Positions 29,692 to 32,619 of a stretch of 32,619 nt of DNA are shown one piece after another (position 1 is the stretch's first letter; every line of letters begins with the position of its first letter). The stretch is taken from the NCBI GenBank assembly GCA_937902945.1, contig CALEMD010000361.1, forward strand, positions 1-32,619, written 5' to 3'. The notes beneath the pieces are model-generated. The model ran no database searches, had not been told where the DNA came from, and saw only the letters and a list, made by a program, of their open reading frames with translations. The position numbers and the translations under genes are program-made. The DNA comes from an uncultured Erysipelotrichaceae bacterium (GTDB lineage: Bacteria > Bacillota_I > Bacilli_A > Erysipelotrichales > Erysipelotrichaceae).

Positions 29692-29720
29692 ATTATATCC
29701 TGTGCCTTAGAAGGATACAA
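29692..29720 (-). promoter_or_regulatory. Sigma-A promoter of the murQ operon
   Basis: Minus strand TTGTAT-N17-TATAAT, then GAGGT RBS before ATG 29670. Confidence 0.65.
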
Positions 29721-30172
29721 GAAACGCAGGACATCATGAAAATGATAAACAGCTGTTCATACTGATTTTCAGCAAGCGATTATGTGCAAACAGACAAATA
29801 CTGATGTTTGATTCAATATGATATCTGCTTATATTTTACGTGCTCGTAAAATTGATTTGGACGATACCATAAAAATTCTTTCTGCAAATGCAAGAACGGG
29901 TGTGGCAATTCACCTTTCTTTTCAGCATGACACACCCAAATAACATAATTTACATACATAATGCGACACAGAACAACATAATTAGCATATAAATTTGCTA
30001 TTATAACAACATTTTTATCAAAGGCTGCTGCCAATATCTGAACAAGCTGACGTAAATTGTTTACGCTGGCCGAATTCAAATTCGATTGAAATGAACAGCA
30101 TTAAGGTATGTATGATGTGATAACATTGATTTAGTGATTATTTGACTTGCGCTACTATCGGAGGAAATGGCA

Positions 30173-32619
30173 ATGAATAAACAGCAGCTAGCATCCAAAA
30201 TATGGGAATCAGCCAACAAAATGCGTTCAAAGATAGAGGCAAATGAGTATAAAGATTACATTTTAGGGTTTATTTTCTATAAGTTCCTTTCAGATAAAGA
30301 AGTGAAATATTTAAAAGATAATGATTGGACAGATGAATATCTGACGGAACTGAATGAAGAGGATAAAGACACAGTCGTAAGCATACAGAAGAACATTGGA
30401 TATTTTATTTCTTATGACAATCTGTTCTCGACATGGATTGATAAAGGCAGTGATTTTGATGCCAGCAATGTTACGGATGCCTTACAGGCATTTACTCGTC
30501 TTATCAGTGCAACCCATAGAAAAGTATTTGATGGTGTATTCAAAACGCTGGAAACAGGGCTTTCGAAACTTGGTGAAACTTCCAATGCAAGAACGAAAGC
30601 TATACGTGATCTTCTATATCTGATCAAAGATATTCCGATGGATGGAAAACAAGATTACGATGTTTTGGGCTTTATATATGAATACCTAATTAGCAATTTC
30701 GCTGCCAATGCAGGAAAAAAAGCAGGTGAATTTTATACACCTCACGAAGTATCTTTGCTTATGTCAGAAATAGTTGCTGATCACCTGAAAGATCGCACTG
30801 AGATAAAAATATATGATCCGACAAGCGGTTCTGGATCCCTGCTGATCAACATCGGCAAATGTGTATCAAGATATATGGGTACAAGTGATAAAATTATGTA
30901 CTATGCACAGGAACTGAAAGAAAATACATATAATCTTACTCGCATGAATCTGGTTATGCGCGGCATACTGCCGGATAATATAGTTACCCGTAACGGAGAC
31001 ACATTAGAAGAAGACTGGCCGTATTTTGATGAGAACGATCCGGTCAATACATATAATCCTCTGTATGTTGATGCAGTTGTGTCGAATCCTCCTTATTCTC
31101 AAGCTTGGAATTCAACGGATAAGGAGACAGATCCTAGATATGCACGTTTTGGTCTTGCGCCAAAAGGCAAGGCAGATTATGCATTTCTTCTGCATGATTT
31201 ATTCCATTTGAAGAGTGATGGCATTATGACTATTGTCTTGCCTCATGGGGTTTTATTCCGTGGTGGAGAAGAAGGAACTATCCGAAAGAATCTGATTGAG
31301 CAGAATCATATTGATGCAATTATCGGATTGCCAGCTAACATATTCTTTGGTACTGGAATTCCAACAATCATTATGGTGCTCAAACAGAAGCGAACTAACA
31401 CAGATATCTTAATTATTGATGCTTCCAAAGGCTTTGAAAAGGTCGGTAAAAATAACAAACTGCGCGCATGTGACATTAAGAAAGTTGTTGATGTATATAC
31501 AGCACGCGCTTCAACGGAGAAGTTTTCTAAGGTTGTGTCGCGCGATGAAATCCGCACGAATGACTATAATCTCAACATACCGCGGTATGTGGATTCATCT
31601 GATAAAGCGCAGAGTTGGGATATCTATTCTTCCATGTTTGGTGGCATTCCTGAAAGTGAACTCAATGAACTTCAGGAATATTGGAATGCTTTCCCTACGC
31701 TTAAAAATACCTTGTTTAAGAAAGAGAATGATTCATACTGCAGCCTTAATACCAGTAATTTGAAAGAGACTGTTCAGCAGCATCCAGAAATTAAGAAATT
31801 TCTTAATTCCTATAAGGATTCATTCTCTACATTTGAAGAATTCTTAGACGATGAATTGATCAAAAAGATGAATGAAATCAATCCATCTAAAGAAGAGACA
31901 AGACTTAGCGCTGAAGTGTTTGCCCGCCTTTCTTCTATTCCGTTGATTGACAGGTACAAGGCATATCAGCTTTTAGATGAAGACTGGAACAAAATAGCAA
32001 TTGATCTTGAAGTCATACAGACAGAAGGTTTTGCATCAGTTAAGCAGGTTGATCCAAACATGGTGCTGAAAAAGAAAGATAGTAAAGACCAAGAAGTGCA
32101 AGAAGGCTGGATTGGTCATGTCATTCCTTTTGAGCTTGTGCAGGAAACGAGACTTTCGGATGACCTTTCATCATTGAATGCAAAGAACGATAGACTTGCC
32201 GAAATCACCTCTGAATTTGAAAGTCTGCTGGAAGAATTGCCTGAAGAAGAAAAGAATAAAGATTTTGTTAATGATGCACAGGATGCTTTTGCTGCGGCAG
32301 AAGTGAAGAAAGCTCTTAAAGCAAAGGATGAAGAGCCAGAAGTCCTGAATATTCTTAAAAAAGTTGATTTGCTGATGACAGAAGAAAAGACAGTTAAGAA
32401 AGAAGTTAAGAATGATTTTGCTCAATTGCAGAATAAAACAAAAGCAACTATTGAATCACTATCTGATGCAGAAGCAACCGAATTGATGAAGAAAAAATGG
32501 ATAACACCACTGATACAGAGCATGGATAAACTGCCACAGACAATTATCGATGAGCTTGTTTCATTGTTGGATGAACTGAGCAGGAAATACGAGAATACAT
32601 TTGCGGACGTTGAAAAAGA
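30173..32619 (+). CDS. hsdM: Type I restriction-modification methyltransferase subunit, long form (runs off the right edge)
   Basis: Not in the ORF track; GGAGG RBS; MNKQQLASKIWESANKMR, GEFYTP, YDPTSGSGSLL, VVSNPPYS, LPHGVLFRG, YNLNIPRYV; frame still open at the window end. Confidence 0.95.
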   Translation, partial: MNKQQLASKIWESANKMRSKIEANEYKDYILGFIFYKFLSDKEVKYLKDNDWTDEYLTELNEEDKDTVVSIQKNIGYFISYDNLFSTWIDKGSDFDASNVTDALQAFTRLISATHRKVFDGVFKTLETGLSKLGETSNARTKAIRDLLYLIKDIPMDGKQDYDVLGFIYEYLISNFAANAGKKAGEFYTPHEVSLLMSEIVADHLKDRTEIKIYDPTSGSGSLLINIGKCVSRYMGTSDKIMYYAQELKENTYNLTRMNLVMRGILPDNIVTRNGDTLEEDWPYFDENDPVNTYNPLYVDAVVSNPPYSQAWNSTDKETDPRYARFGLAPKGKADYAFLLHDLFHLKSDGIMTIVLPHGVLFRGGEEGTIRKNLIEQNHIDAIIGLPANIFFGTGIPTIIMVLKQKRTNTDILIIDASKGFEKVGKNNKLRACDIKKVVDVYTARASTEKFSKVVSRDEIRTNDYNLNIPRYVDSSDKAQSWDIYSSMFGGIPESELNELQEYWNAFPTLKNTLFKKENDSYCSLNTSNLKETVQQHPEIKKFLNSYKDSFSTFEEFLDDELIKKMNEINPSKEETRLSAEVFARLSSIPLIDRYKAYQLLDEDWNKIAIDLEVIQTEGFASVKQVDPNMVLKKKDSKDQEVQEGWIGHVIPFELVQETRLSDDLSSLNAKNDRLAEITSEFESLLEELPEEEKNKDFVNDAQDAFAAAEVKKALKAKDEEPEVLNILKKVDLLMTEEKTVKKEVKNDFAQLQNKTKATIESLSDAEATELMKKKWITPLIQSMDKLPQTIIDELVSLLDELSRKYENTFADVEK

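Noticed and set aside
29813-30079. 88-aa minus-strand ORF
   Set aside because: TTG start without an RBS, atypical composition and overlap with promoter-like elements.
30396-32425. Short ORFs in the right-hand region
   Set aside because: They are alternative frames within hsdM.

Overview
Chromosomal segment of a low/medium-GC Gram-positive bacterium (Bacillota; an Erysipelotrichaceae-like host is my impression only). Left to right: (1) a divergent envelope locus with two zinc-ribbon membrane proteins and a lipoprotein; (2) two separate ferrous-iron uptake operons (feoA-feoA-feoB-Cys-rich peptide; feoA-feoB-esterase) that share a GTTAG-N6-CTAAC operator and flank a divergent WYL regulator/HIRAN pair; (3) an AAA+/DUF4143 ATPase, a hypothetical protein and a CpXC protein; (4) sugar-phosphate genes (SIS, Cof-HAD, 1-phosphofructokinase family) with a candidate C-rich sRNA between them; (5) a frameshifted M23 peptidase; (6) a fusion protein whose N-terminus looks like the N-terminal lobe of IS200/IS605 TnpB joined to a TM helix, a B-repeat and a C39-like cysteine peptidase (top finding); (7) a ~6.5 kb REC-GGDEF-EAL-PAS-GGDEF gene broken by two stops and two frameshifts; (8) a ceramidase-like/murQ/membrane protein/darA operon; (9) the 5' part of a long type I R-M hsdM. 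No CRISPR array, tRNA, rRNA or intact transposase was seen. All family calls come from motif recognition by eye, not database searches.
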